NCBI GenBank assembly: GCA_002305965.1
Contig: DBRM01000032.1
Location: 22,043 to 86,042 of the forward strand
Length of the DNA: 64,000 nucleotides
From: Syntrophomonas sp. UBA1368
GTDB taxonomy: Bacteria > Bacillota > Syntrophomonadia > Syntrophomonadales > Syntrophomonadaceae
Reading direction: 5' to 3'
The notes beneath the pieces were generated by a model, which saw nothing but the letters and a program-made list of their open reading frames with translations, was not told the DNA's origin and did no database searches. Numbering within the stretch: the first letter of the stretch is position 1; each line of letters opens with the position of its first letter. A program made the translations under genes and the position numbers. Of this stretch, positions 49,305-59,697 are shown piece by piece.

Positions 49305-50516
49305 ATGAAAGATTTTTTCCAGGTTATGCGCTATGAACAGGCTCTTGCACAACTTATGGACGTCCGCCCGCCTTTAGGATCGCAGACTATCAGCTTGATT
49401 GAGTCTGTTGGACGGATCATAGCGGAGGATATAATCAGTGAAGAAAACCTGCCGGCTTTTAACCGTTCAACCGTTGATGGTTATGCTGTTCGTGCGGAAG
49501 ACATCTACGGATGCAGTGAATCGTCCCCGGGCTTTCTGGATTGTGTGGGCGAAATTAAAATGGGGCAAAGTACTGATATTAGATTAGCTAAAGGACAGTG
49601 CTGCTGGATTCCCACCGGCGGTATGCTGCCCTGCGGTGCCGATGCCGCTGTTATGGTGGAATATACAGAGAAACTTGATGAAAAGACCGTCCTGACATAC
49701 AGGCCGGCGGCACTGTTTGAAAATGTGATGCAGATCGGCGAAGATGTGTCTGCCGGTCAGATAATATTGGAAAAAGGACGGGAGATCAGACCGGCAGATG
49801 TAGGACTCCTGGCATCTTTAGGCATGAAAACCCTGAAGGTCATAGAACCATATCGGATAGGGATCATTTCAACCGGTGATGAGGTGGTGCCACTGGAAAA
49901 AAAGTTAGCTCCGGGTGAAATCAGAGACGTTAACTCTTATGCCTTATATACTGCGGTTTATTCATGTGGTGCAGTTCCCACTGTTTATCCGCTGGTAAAA
50001 GACCAGTTTGATGCTTTGCTGGAAGCCGTTTCAGCAGGACTGGCAGAGAATGATATATTGCTGCTTTCGGGAGGAAGCTCGGTGGGGACCATGGATGTAA
50101 CGATGGAAGTTTTAATGTCCTTTCCGGAGGCCAAAATGCTCTTTCATGGCATCGCAGTTAAACCGGGCAAGCCGACTTTAGCAGTACAAATAGGCGGAAA
50201 ATTGGTGATCGGTCTGCCCGGGCACCCGGTTTCTGCATTAACCGTATTCTATTTCCTTGCAGCACCGTTGCTAAAGCCGCAAAATAGGTGGAAGGGCTGC
50301 GAAGGGTATTTGAGTATAAATGTTTTTTCCCAGGCAGGACGGGACGATTTTATTCCGGCAGCCTTGGAAGAACAGGATGGGAGAAAGCTTATCCGCCCAT
50401 TATTAGGCAAATCGGGCTTAATGAGTATTTTGAGTCAGGCCCGGGGATTCATTCATATTCCCTATGAAAAACAAGGGCTCAAAGCCGGAGAAAAAGTAGA
50501 AGTTATTATTTACTAA
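49305..50516 (+). CDS. moeA: MoeA paralog 2
   Basis: STVDGYAV, GLPGHPVSA and the overall MoeA layout. The start could be 49284. Confidence 0.88.
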   Translation: MKDFFQVMRYEQALAQLMDVRPPLGSQTISLIESVGRIIAEDIISEENLPAFNRSTVDGYAVRAEDIYGCSESSPGFLDCVGEIKMGQSTDIRLAKGQCCWIPTGGMLPCGADAAVMVEYTEKLDEKTVLTYRPAALFENVMQIGEDVSAGQIILEKGREIRPADVGLLASLGMKTLKVIEPYRIGIISTGDEVVPLEKKLAPGEIRDVNSYALYTAVYSCGAVPTVYPLVKDQFDALLEAVSAGLAENDILLLSGGSSVGTMDVTMEVLMSFPEAKMLFHGIAVKPGKPTLAVQIGGKLVIGLPGHPVSALTVFYFLAAPLLKPQNRWKGCEGYLSINVFSQAGRDDFIPAALEEQDGRKLIRPLLGKSGLMSILSQARGFIHIPYEKQGLKAGEKVEVIIY

Positions 50517-50529
50517 CAAGAGGTTTTTT

Positions 50530-51723
50530 ATGCCTGAAAAAGCCATTTCTCTTGAGACAGCTCTAAGTAAATGTCTGCCCTACAGCATACCAGGCGATCG
50601 GGAATTCATACCCATCGAGCATGCCTTACGAAGAGTTGCCGCGGAAGATATATACACACCGGTTGATCTTCCTCTCTTTACGCATTCAAAGGTAGATGGT
50701 TTTGCCGTGCATGCATCGGACTTAAACAAATTACTGCTGGGAAAAGAAACGAGGCTGGCAATCGCAGACACGGCAGCGGCAGGTGATCTATCGCCATTGA
50801 CACTAAAACCCGGCCAGACCATAAGGATCATGACCGGTGCCATGATCCCGGATAAAACTGCAGCAGTTATCAAAAAAGAAAACGTCCGGATCGTAAACGA
50901 TGAGGTTTGTATCAACCAGGAGGTCAAGCCGGGAATCAATATACAAAATCGCGGCGACTTTTTGAAAATGGGGGAACGGATCGTTGCAGCCGGGGAAGTG
51001 CTGGGAATAAACCATACCGAGATCATAGCTTCCGCAGGATTGTCACAAGTTTCAGTCTTTACCATTCCGCCGGTTTATGTGATCAACACCGGCAGTGAAT
51101 TGGTTCTGCCCGGGGAAAATAGGCTTGACGGGCAAGTTTTTGCCAGCAACAAGACCCTCTTTTATAGCCTGCTGAAAGCTGTCGGCTGCCATCCGTTGGG
51201 GGCGGGCCGACCTGTTAAAGATAAAATCGATGCGATTATACAGGAACTATACGAAGGCATTAAAAAAAGCAGAGTAATTATCATAAGCGGTGGTACTGCC
51301 GAAGGGCAATATGATCTGGTACAGTCTGCTTTCCAACAGATTGGGGCCAGTATAATTTTTGAAGGACTTGACTTAAAACCAGGCCGGCATACCAGTGCAG
51401 CAGAGAAGGACGGCATATTATTATTCAATCTTCCCGGAAGCCCGGGAGCAGGATACATCATCTTTGAAATACTGGTCAAACCTTGGTTGCGTAAATTAAA
51501 GGGGATCAGCGCCTATCAAAACAAGTGGATTGAACTGCCAATAGAGCAGCATGATCGCTTTGTGACCGATCAGCGCATGATGGTGAAAGGCGGAGCAGAA
51601 ATAAAAAACGGGCAGTTAACTGCCCGGGTTATGAACAAAGGACAAAATTCAGATAGTTTTCTTAAGCTGATCATTGATTTGGATCCTGCCAGTTCAACCA
51701 TAAAAGCATTGATTGCTGACTGA
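50530..51723 (+). CDS. MoeA paralog 3 (more divergent)
   Basis: SKVDGFAV and NLPGSPGAG motifs. 397 aa. Confidence 0.8.
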   Translation: MPEKAISLETALSKCLPYSIPGDREFIPIEHALRRVAAEDIYTPVDLPLFTHSKVDGFAVHASDLNKLLLGKETRLAIADTAAAGDLSPLTLKPGQTIRIMTGAMIPDKTAAVIKKENVRIVNDEVCINQEVKPGINIQNRGDFLKMGERIVAAGEVLGINHTEIIASAGLSQVSVFTIPPVYVINTGSELVLPGENRLDGQVFASNKTLFYSLLKAVGCHPLGAGRPVKDKIDAIIQELYEGIKKSRVIIISGGTAEGQYDLVQSAFQQIGASIIFEGLDLKPGRHTSAAEKDGILLFNLPGSPGAGYIIFEILVKPWLRKLKGISAYQNKWIELPIEQHDRFVTDQRMMVKGGAEIKNGQLTARVMNKGQNSDSFLKLIIDLDPASSTIKALIAD

Positions 51724-51724
51724 T

Positions 51725-52813
51725 CTAATCTGTCACGCTGCCAGCCAGTTCTTCACACAAAGCATTTCTAAAGGCATTCATGGCGGCAAAATCCATGTGA
51801 GGGGTGTAAAAAGCTTCTAATTCATCATGTAATGTTTTTGCCTGACTGAGAAAATGGATTGCTGCCTCGATTCCTGCTGAGCAGCGTTCTTTAGCCCTCT
51901 GAAAGTCTTCTGTATGGGCAGCGGAATTTTGTAATAATAAATCAAAATCAAGCCTCCTTTTGAATCTTCCCGGCAAAAGCGCGGCATAATCAACGACATT
52001 GGCGGAGATATCAATCAGGACACTTTTGGCTTGAGGAAATAAAATAAAATCAATATCCTGAGGTATAAAAGGATTATGAAGTATTTCAGCCTCCAATGAG
52101 TTGAGTTCGATTTGCTGCAACAGGTAGGAAAAGAGCATTTGCAGACCACATCCTGGACGGCCGGAAACAGCATAAATGCTGTAATCTGCATCGATCAAAC
52201 TGTCATGTTTTGTGATTATACCCCCGGGCGTGATAGCGGCAGCAAATAGATGGCGCGGTTTTACGTCAGAGAATTTACCGGTGGCCAGAAAATCCTGACC
52301 TAAAGCTAAAATGTTTTTATTGACCGAAGGCCAGTGCATGGAGGCATTGGTATAAAACTGCATTTCCTGCCAGGCTATACTGGATTCCTGCAAGCGAAGA
52401 TAAGCAAGTTTGAAATAACTGCTGATGGTATTGGTCAGACTGATCACTGCCTGCCGATTTTCCCGTATTTTTCCCCGATTCCAATAACAGCCCAGATTGA
52501 CTATTTCATCCACTGCACCGGGGTATTGAGGATCGATAACATGAGGGCTGGTCCCGTCCAGTAAGCAAAAGAGATCTCCGATCACCAATCCATCCAGAGA
52601 ATCAGGATCAGAGGAACACCAGTGATATGCGAGATCATATCCTAAAGCTGCAAAGGACTCTCCGATCTCGCGCATAAAATTTGATTTTCCAACCCCCGGA
52701 CCACCTTTCAGAATTATTTTCCTCTCAACATTTTCACTGGCCATCGTAGGATAGAAATGATAAAAACCCAGACAGGTATTGCCGCCGGAATAATAGTGTC
52801 TTTTTTTCCCCAC
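51725..52813 (-). CDS. Uncharacterised P-loop NTPase
   Basis: Walker A GGPGVGKS after a HYYSGGNT..GFY N-terminal motif. GTG 52813 follows AAGGAGG. The longer track ORF N-terminus is probably not translated. Confidence 0.75.
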   Translation of the reverse strand: MGKKRHYYSGGNTCLGFYHFYPTMASENVERKIILKGGPGVGKSNFMREIGESFAALGYDLAYHWCSSDPDSLDGLVIGDLFCLLDGTSPHVIDPQYPGAVDEIVNLGCYWNRGKIRENRQAVISLTNTISSYFKLAYLRLQESSIAWQEMQFYTNASMHWPSVNKNILALGQDFLATGKFSDVKPRHLFAAAITPGGIITKHDSLIDADYSIYAVSGRPGCGLQMLFSYLLQQIELNSLEAEILHNPFIPQDIDFILFPQAKSVLIDISANVVDYAALLPGRFKRRLDFDLLLQNSAAHTEDFQRAKERCSAGIEAAIHFLSQAKTLHDELEAFYTPHMDFAAMNAFRNALCEELAGSVTD

Positions 52814-52981
52814 TTGCGAAAGCCTCCTTTTAAAATAGTTTCTGAAGTATTTATATTTTTTAATCAACAGAAACTTGAGGACTAATTTAAAAAATCGCCG
52901 GCAAAATGTGAGGAACAATTAATCAGTAAAGAACAAATAAAAAGAGCAGATGTTTTATCTGCTAATAAGTTTTAATTGTAT

Positions 52982-53158
52982 TTATTTTTGCTTATGACAA
53001 TGGCCTGCTTCTTCCAATTGTTTTTTGACCCGTATCCTGACGAAGTCCAGGTACTTAATATGCAATCTTTGCTGTTCCTCTGCTTCTTCACTGGTGAGAC
53101 CTTCCGCTTTTTGCTTCCGGGCTAATTGCCTGATTCTTTCCAGCTGCTCTTTTTCCAT
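52982..53158 (-). CDS. DUF896/UPF0291 family small protein (YnzC-like)
   Basis: 58 aa. RIRQLARKQKAEGLTSEEAEEQQRLHIKYLDFVR resembles YnzC-type helical hairpin proteins. Confidence 0.7.
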   Translation of the reverse strand: MEKEQLERIRQLARKQKAEGLTSEEAEEQQRLHIKYLDFVRIRVKKQLEEAGHCHKQK

Positions 53159-53280
53159 GGCCAAAACCCCTTTCCCGGACCTTCCTTATCACCATCTAAA
53201 GCAAAAATATTTATAATGTTGTCTGATTCCATTATACTATTTTTTATGGATACTTATATGGCTGAAAGCAGGTAGAATTA

Positions 53281-56088
53281 ATGAATATTCAGAAAACCTG
53301 GTATTTTGAAGAAATTCCTGCCGGAAATCCGGGGCTTAAGGAAGAATTGAATATATCAGCGATCACTGCTGGTTTATTACATAACAGAGGAATCAACAGC
53401 AAAGCCAAAGCGGAAAAATTTTTGTATGGAACATTACAGGATCTGACTGATCCATTATTTATACCGGGGATGCAGCAGGCAGTCGAACGTATCAGTCTGG
53501 CTATACGCGGGCAGCAGAAGATCATAATTTATGGAGATTACGACGTAGATGGGATCTGCAGTATCGTGATTCTCAAAGAGTGTATCGAAATGCTGGGAGG
53601 AAAAGCCGACTATTATGTACCGGACCGTTTTGAGGAAGGTTATGGAATCAATATACCCGCGATCAAAAGTCTGGCCGAAAGGCAGTATGATTTGCTGATC
53701 AGTGTGGACTGCGGGATCACTTCAGTAGAAGAAGCCCATTACGCAGCCAGAGCAGGAATGGATGTAATCATTACTGACCACCATACCCCGGGAGAAGAAC
53801 TGCCCCCGGCCGTTGCAGTCGTGAATCCTAAATTAGGCAGTAATGAAGATAACCAGTATTTGTGCGGGGCTGGTATTACCTATTATTTGGTTCTGGCACT
53901 GCAGCAAAAAATAACTGGCGGGAAAAACCATAATAAATGGCTTGAATTAGCAGCTCTGGCAACAGTGGCAGATATCGTACCCTTAATGGGGGACAATCAT
54001 ATTCTGGTCAGGTATGGATTACAGCATCTGGCAAGGACAGAAAGACCAGGACTAAAAGCATTATTAAAGGTTTCCGGGCTGGAAAATAAAGAAATTACTG
54101 CCGGTCAGGTCGGATTTATGATCGCTCCGCGTCTAAATGCTGCAGGGCGGCTTGACAGTGCCCGTAAAAGTATTGAATTATTGCTGACCAAAGAAGAACA
54201 TACAGCTGAGGGGCTGGCGATTTATATGAATATGGCTAATAACGAACGCCGCCAGATCGAAGAACATATTTTTGAACAAGCTCTCTCCCAAATCATGGCT
54301 GATGACCGGCAGCAAGACCAGGTTATCATTGCGGCAGGTGAACATTGGCATGAAGGGGTAATCGGTATTGTTGCCTCACGTTTGTGTGAAAAATTTTACC
54401 GCCCGGTTTTCGTAATTAGTTGGGACGGGGATACCGGCAAAGGGTCCGGGCGGAGTATCAGAGGATTTGATCTTTACACTGCCCTGGATCACTGTAAAGA
54501 CCACCTTGTTAAATTTGGCGGGCATCAAATGGCAGCCGGGGTTACCATTGCCCGTAAACAATATGAGGCTTTTGCTGCCGCGATCAATGATTACAGCCGA
54601 AGGAACCTGGCAGCAGAAGTGTTTCATAAGACATGCCGGACCGATGGTGAAATCGATCTCACAGAGATTACGGTTAATTTAATGAAAGAATTGAAAGCCC
54701 TTGAACCTTATGGCGAAGGGAATCCGCAGCCGCTGTTCATCATGAGGAATATGCCTATTCAATCTCTAAGAGCAGTTGGCAGCCAAAAAGAACATATCAG
54801 TTTTGATTTTTCCCCTTCAGATCTGCAGGGGATTGCCTTTAGAAAACCGCAATATATCAATCTTCCATACCGGGAATGCTGGCATGATGTGGTGGGTGAA
54901 ATCAATGAGAACGAATATCGGGGGAAAAAATCTCTGCAGATCAGGATCAAAGAGATGAAAATGAGCTTTATTCCTGATAATATTAAATATTTCAGAGGAA
55001 TGGATGCCTTGCCTTACCGGCAATTGCAGATAATGATCAATGAAATCAAGGCGGGAAGACCTGTGGTGGTTTTATTTCCTACAGTTCGCTGCCTGTTAAA
55101 ATATAAACCGGGGCTTGACAGTTGCATCAGAAACAGTTTCCTGCATGCTCTGCATGGACATATGCCGGCGGAAGAACTGACAGACGCCAGCATGTTATTG
55201 CAAAGAGGAAGGGCAGGTATATACTTGGTTACTGCCGCTTACTTTACAGACGTATTAGAGGGCTGCCGGTTACCGGAAAATCTGAGGCTGATTTTGCCAA
55301 TATGGACGGAAGAACCGGTTACGGCAGGTAAAAACCCAGTGGATATTTGCGAAAGAATCAAGTTTGGTTTTGATGCGGATCAATTTTTCAAATCAATCAA
55401 AATGAAACAGAATTTCGATCCCGAGAAAAGGAATCTGATTTATAGTAATCGTAATTCTACTATTATTGATATAACAACACAAATTAAAGGGCTCATCAGT
55501 GAAGCGGCTCTGGCAGACCAAAGAAAAAGAAGGGTTTTCCGCCGCCAATTTGAAAAACTGCCGGCAGGAACATTTATTACCGATGGGAATTATTCTTTCG
55601 GCGAGGGATTCAATAACATTGACGAGGTAATTTTGGCTGATCTGCCTTTCAGTATATGTGAAACCATATTCTTGCTGGATCAGGTTCAAAACGGCAATGA
55701 ATGCGAGGTCATACTTACAGCCGCTGAAAAAAAGCTGGAGCAGAACTCCTCTTATCTTACGCAAAGGTATCCGGAAGAAACCGAGGTAAATCAAGTCCTG
55801 GAGGTCATACAGGGCATGAAACCCAACCGCATCAAACCGGAAGATCTGATGAAAACCATACAATTAAAACAGGGTACCAGTCTTTCCAGGATGAAAATGC
55901 TTTCAATACTGGAGATACTTGCAGATTCAGGCTTGTGTCAAATCAACAAACAGGGTAGTATTATGGAAATAAAGCATCATTCAGAATTTCGACCTGATTT
56001 TGATATTGGCAAATCTGCAGCATACCGGGAAGGAATCAACGAAAAAGCTGCCTGGAAGGAATTTGCTCAAACACTGAATATAAGTTGA
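53281..56088 (+). CDS. recJ: Single-stranded-DNA-specific exonuclease RecJ with a long C-terminal extension
   Basis: DHH motifs (IYGDYDVDG, DCG, TDHH) and DHHA1 (GGHQMAAG). 935 aa. Confidence 0.92.
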   Translation: MNIQKTWYFEEIPAGNPGLKEELNISAITAGLLHNRGINSKAKAEKFLYGTLQDLTDPLFIPGMQQAVERISLAIRGQQKIIIYGDYDVDGICSIVILKECIEMLGGKADYYVPDRFEEGYGINIPAIKSLAERQYDLLISVDCGITSVEEAHYAARAGMDVIITDHHTPGEELPPAVAVVNPKLGSNEDNQYLCGAGITYYLVLALQQKITGGKNHNKWLELAALATVADIVPLMGDNHILVRYGLQHLARTERPGLKALLKVSGLENKEITAGQVGFMIAPRLNAAGRLDSARKSIELLLTKEEHTAEGLAIYMNMANNERRQIEEHIFEQALSQIMADDRQQDQVIIAAGEHWHEGVIGIVASRLCEKFYRPVFVISWDGDTGKGSGRSIRGFDLYTALDHCKDHLVKFGGHQMAAGVTIARKQYEAFAAAINDYSRRNLAAEVFHKTCRTDGEIDLTEITVNLMKELKALEPYGEGNPQPLFIMRNMPIQSLRAVGSQKEHISFDFSPSDLQGIAFRKPQYINLPYRECWHDVVGEINENEYRGKKSLQIRIKEMKMSFIPDNIKYFRGMDALPYRQLQIMINEIKAGRPVVVLFPTVRCLLKYKPGLDSCIRNSFLHALHGHMPAEELTDASMLLQRGRAGIYLVTAAYFTDVLEGCRLPENLRLILPIWTEEPVTAGKNPVDICERIKFGFDADQFFKSIKMKQNFDPEKRNLIYSNRNSTIIDITTQIKGLISEAALADQRKRRVFRRQFEKLPAGTFITDGNYSFGEGFNNIDEVILADLPFSICETIFLLDQVQNGNECEVILTAAEKKLEQNSSYLTQRYPEETEVNQVLEVIQGMKPNRIKPEDLMKTIQLKQGTSLSRMKMLSILEILADSGLCQINKQGSIMEIKHHSEFRPDFDIGKSAAYREGINEKAAWKEFAQTLNIS

Positions 56089-56100
56089 AATGGTGATTAT

Positions 56101-58281
56101 ATGGAACTTATCGATGTTGTCGAGCAGATAAAAAAATATGATGAAGATGCAGATTTTGAGCTGATCGAAAAAGCCTACCAATATGCTCAAATGGCGCATG
56201 AAGGGCAAAAGAGGATATCGGGTGAAGCCTATATCAGTCACCCGATCGAAGTAGCCTATATCTTAACCGGGATAGAAATGGATACGGCTTCGATTTGTGC
56301 TGCTCTGCTGCATGATGTAATCGAAGATACAGTTTTGACCCATAATGAGATCACGCGGGAATTTGGCGAAGAAATTGCTTCACTGGTTGATGGGGTTACC
56401 AAACTCAGCCGAATCCAGTTTAAATCCAGGCAGGATGCCCAGGCAGAAAACCTGCGCCGCATGTTTATTGCCATGGCGAAAGACATACGGGTTATCCTGA
56501 TCAAACTGGCAGACCGACTGCATAATATGCGTACATTAAACTACCAGCCGGAATATAAACAAAAAGAAATCGCCGAAGAAACTATGGAAATATTTGCTCC
56601 CCTGGCTCATCGTTTAGGAATATTCAAATTCAAGTGGGAATTGGAAGATCTGGCTTTTTTTTATCTGGATCCTGATATGTATTACCAGATTGCCAAAAGA
56701 CTTAAACAAAAGCGCAAAGAACGGGAAGAATATGTGAACGATCTGATTGCGCAAATCAGAAATGGAATTGAACAAATAGGCATTGAGGCTGATATCGAAG
56801 GGCGTCCGAAAAATATATACAGTATTTATAAAAAGATGATAAAGCAAATGAAAGATATCGATGAGATCTACGATAAGATAGCAATTCGTGTGATTGTAAA
56901 TGATGTACATGAGTGCTACGGAGTTCTGGGGATCATCCATACCATGTGGAAACCCCTGCCGGGCAGATTTAAAGACTATATTGCTACCCCCAAGCCCAAT
57001 ATGTACCAGTCTTTACATACTACTTTTATTGGCCGGGGCGGAGAACCATTTGAAGTACAGATCCGCACCTGGGAAATGCATCAAACAGCTGAATCAGGTA
57101 TCGCTGCCCATTGGCGCTATAAAGAAGGCAGCAGTCCCAAAGATAAAAAGTATGATCAAAAATTGGCCTGGCTGCGGCAAATCCTGGAATGGCAGCAGGA
57201 TATCAAAGATACAGACGAATTCATGGAATCCCTCAAAATAGATTTATTTGATGACACGGTTTTTGTCTTTACCCCGAAAGGAGCAGTAATAGAACTGCCC
57301 AAGGGGGCATGTCCGGTGGATTTTGCCTACCGGGTGCATACGGAAGTCGGACATCAGTGTACGGGAGCAAAGGTAAACGGCAGGATCGTTCCTCTGGATT
57401 TCCCCTTGAGTAATGGTGATATTGTTGAAATTATCACCTCGAAAAATTCTTTAGGTCCCAGTCGGGATTGGTTAAACTTTGTTAAAACTTCTTCAGCCAA
57501 AAGCAGGATCCGGCAGTGGTTTAATCGGGGCAAGCGGGCAGATAATATCATAAAAGGCCATGACATACTGGAGAAAGAATTAAAGAAAAACCATTTGATA
57601 CCCAAGGAACTGTTAAAAAACGATAAACTGGTCGAAGTTGCCAAACGGCTTGGATATAATTCGGTGGATGACTTGTTTGCCGCAGTAGGTGATGGAGCTA
57701 TATCTGCCCAGCAAGTCATTACGCGGCAGAAGGAAATCTATTTCCAGGATGCGGTGGTCGAAGATATTCTAAATGTTCCCTTGATACCAAAAAACATTTT
57801 ACAACGGGAGAAAGAGACCTCCGCCGTTAGGATCAAGGGAGTTGATGATGTAGCGATAAAATTGAGCCGCTGCTGTAACCCGCTGCCGGGAGATACGGTT
57901 CTGGGCTACATAACCAGAGGCCGGGGAGTTTCGGTCCATCGCCGGGATTGCCCCAATATGCAAAACTATATGAAAACGGAAAAAGACAGGGTATTGGAAG
58001 TGGAATGGGCCGACGACCGAGGTATCTATTATCTGGAGCTGGAAGTAAAAGCGTTTGACCGTCAACGGCTGACATCTGATATCTTAAATGTTATCGCCGA
58101 TCTGCGCATTCAGATCAATTCTGTTTTTTCCAGGGTGACAAAAAATAATTTTGCCATTATTAATCTAAAACTGGAGATCAAGGATATTACACAGGTACAG
58201 GCAGTCATGCAGCGTATTCAGCAAGTAAAGGATATACTGGAGGTGCGAAGAGTACTTCCGGGTGAAGACCGGGGTGAATAG
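56101..58281 (+). CDS. relA: Bifunctional (p)ppGpp synthetase/hydrolase
   Basis: HD domain (HPIEVA...LHDVIEDT), synthetase domain, TGS and ACT. 726 aa. Confidence 0.95.
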   Translation: MELIDVVEQIKKYDEDADFELIEKAYQYAQMAHEGQKRISGEAYISHPIEVAYILTGIEMDTASICAALLHDVIEDTVLTHNEITREFGEEIASLVDGVTKLSRIQFKSRQDAQAENLRRMFIAMAKDIRVILIKLADRLHNMRTLNYQPEYKQKEIAEETMEIFAPLAHRLGIFKFKWELEDLAFFYLDPDMYYQIAKRLKQKRKEREEYVNDLIAQIRNGIEQIGIEADIEGRPKNIYSIYKKMIKQMKDIDEIYDKIAIRVIVNDVHECYGVLGIIHTMWKPLPGRFKDYIATPKPNMYQSLHTTFIGRGGEPFEVQIRTWEMHQTAESGIAAHWRYKEGSSPKDKKYDQKLAWLRQILEWQQDIKDTDEFMESLKIDLFDDTVFVFTPKGAVIELPKGACPVDFAYRVHTEVGHQCTGAKVNGRIVPLDFPLSNGDIVEIITSKNSLGPSRDWLNFVKTSSAKSRIRQWFNRGKRADNIIKGHDILEKELKKNHLIPKELLKNDKLVEVAKRLGYNSVDDLFAAVGDGAISAQQVITRQKEIYFQDAVVEDILNVPLIPKNILQREKETSAVRIKGVDDVAIKLSRCCNPLPGDTVLGYITRGRGVSVHRRDCPNMQNYMKTEKDRVLEVEWADDRGIYYLELEVKAFDRQRLTSDILNVIADLRIQINSVFSRVTKNNFAIINLKLEIKDITQVQAVMQRIQQVKDILEVRRVLPGEDRGE

Positions 58282-58283
58282 AT

Positions 58284-58733
58284 ATGCGGGCAGTGGTGCA
58301 GAGGACACTATACAGCAGTGTTACTATTGAAGGACAGGTCACAGCAGAAATCGGGCCTGGATTAACCATATTGCTGGGGATCAAAAAAGGTGACCAGGAA
58401 AAAGATGCAGATTACTTGATGGATAAGATCATAAACTTAAGAATATTTGCCGATGAAGCCGGCAGGATGAATCGTTCCCTGCTTGATGTGCAAGGGGAAA
58501 TTATGCTGATCAGTCAGTTTACGCTTTATGGAGACGTAAAACACGGCAGGAGGCCCGGTTTTACAGATGCAGAAGACCCTGATGCGGCAGAACCGCTATT
58601 TCAGTATTGTATAAAAAATATAAAAAAACGCGGGGTAAGTATCAAGACTGGTGTATTTGGGGCTCATATGAAAATAACCATAGAAAATGACGGTCCATGT
58701 ACCATCTTGCTTGACAGCGAAAAGCAGATATAA
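58284..58733 (+). CDS. dtd: D-aminoacyl-tRNA deacylase
   Basis: MRAVVQR...SQFTLYGD...GRRPGF, canonical Dtd. 149 aa. Confidence 0.94.
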   Translation: MRAVVQRTLYSSVTIEGQVTAEIGPGLTILLGIKKGDQEKDADYLMDKIINLRIFADEAGRMNRSLLDVQGEIMLISQFTLYGDVKHGRRPGFTDAEDPDAAEPLFQYCIKNIKKRGVSIKTGVFGAHMKITIENDGPCTILLDSEKQI

Positions 58734-58749
58734 AAAGGAGGAAGTCAGA

Positions 58750-59370
58750 TTGATATTAAAAGGATTGGAAATCAGCAGCATGGGAGTAAACTGCTACATT
58801 GTCGGTTGTGAAGAAACCAAAGAAGTGGCAGTTATTGATCCGGGCGGCAGTCCCAAATCGATCATCAAAATGCTGGAAGCGGATAATTTAAAAGCAATTT
58901 ACATTATTAATACCCATGGTCATATAGACCATATCGGCGGAAATCGCGGAGTCAAAGAAGCTACTGGAGCCAAAATCCTGATTCATCAGGATGATGCCAA
59001 AATGCTTACCAATGCAGCATCCAATTTTTCCTTTTTAATGGGCAGCAAAGTTACCAGTCCTCCGGCCGATCAGTTTGTTAAAGATGGCGATATCATTGAA
59101 ATAGGGAATACAGTCAAGCTGCAGGTGATCCATACACCTGGCCATAGTCCCGGAGGAATTTGCCTGAAGACCGGTAATATTATTTTTGTTGGTGATTCAC
59201 TTTTCCAGGGGTCCATTGGCAGGACGGATTTTCCGGGAGGATCCTATACACAGCTGATCAGCAACATAAAAGAAAAGTTGCTATGCTATGATGATGATGT
59301 AATCGCGTATCCCGGACATGGCCCGGCGACAACCATCGGGTTTGAAAGAGAGAATAATCCTTTTTTATAA
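58750..59370 (+). CDS. MBL-fold metallo-hydrolase
   Basis: HGHIDH motif. TTG 58750 follows AAGGAGG. Confidence 0.85.
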   Translation: MILKGLEISSMGVNCYIVGCEETKEVAVIDPGGSPKSIIKMLEADNLKAIYIINTHGHIDHIGGNRGVKEATGAKILIHQDDAKMLTNAASNFSFLMGSKVTSPPADQFVKDGDIIEIGNTVKLQVIHTPGHSPGGICLKTGNIIFVGDSLFQGSIGRTDFPGGSYTQLISNIKEKLLCYDDDVIAYPGHGPATTIGFERENNPFL

Positions 59371-59377
59371 AAAGTGG

Positions 59378-59406
59378 TTGAAATCATAATTCTTTTCATT
59401 TAATAT
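59378..59406 (+). promoter_or_regulatory. Candidate sigma-A promoter for the aro/phe leader
   Basis: TTGAAA (59378-59383), 17-nt spacer, TAATAT (59401-59406). Confidence 0.5.
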
Positions 59407-59424
59407 TACTAACAAGTTTTATAT

Positions 59425-59697
59425 TGCAAAAGTGATGAAGAAGTAAAGTAGATTTGCGAAATTATGCAGAGAGAAGATGTCACCGGCTGCAAGCATCTTT
59501 ATAAGGAAGCAGATTGAAGTTCACTTCGGAGCACCTGGCTGAAACATACGCAAGTAGGCTTAGGCGGAACTCCTACCGTTAAAAGGGAGGGGATATCGGA
59601 TGATCCTGTATCTTGAAACAAGCGGGTCTTAAGACAAAATGGGTGGTACCGCGGGTAGTGTAAACTTCTCGTCCCAAGGGATGAGAAGTTTTTGTTT
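59425..59697 (+). promoter_or_regulatory. T-box riboswitch with specifier UUC (Phe), complete with terminator 1
   Basis: GTGATGAAGAAGTA (GA/AGUA), AGAGA box, specifier TTC 59520-59522 followed by A and CTTCGGAGC, T-box AATGGGTGGTACCGCGGG, terminator AACTTCTCGTCCC/GGGATGAGAAGTT followed by TTTTTG. Confidence 0.88.
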
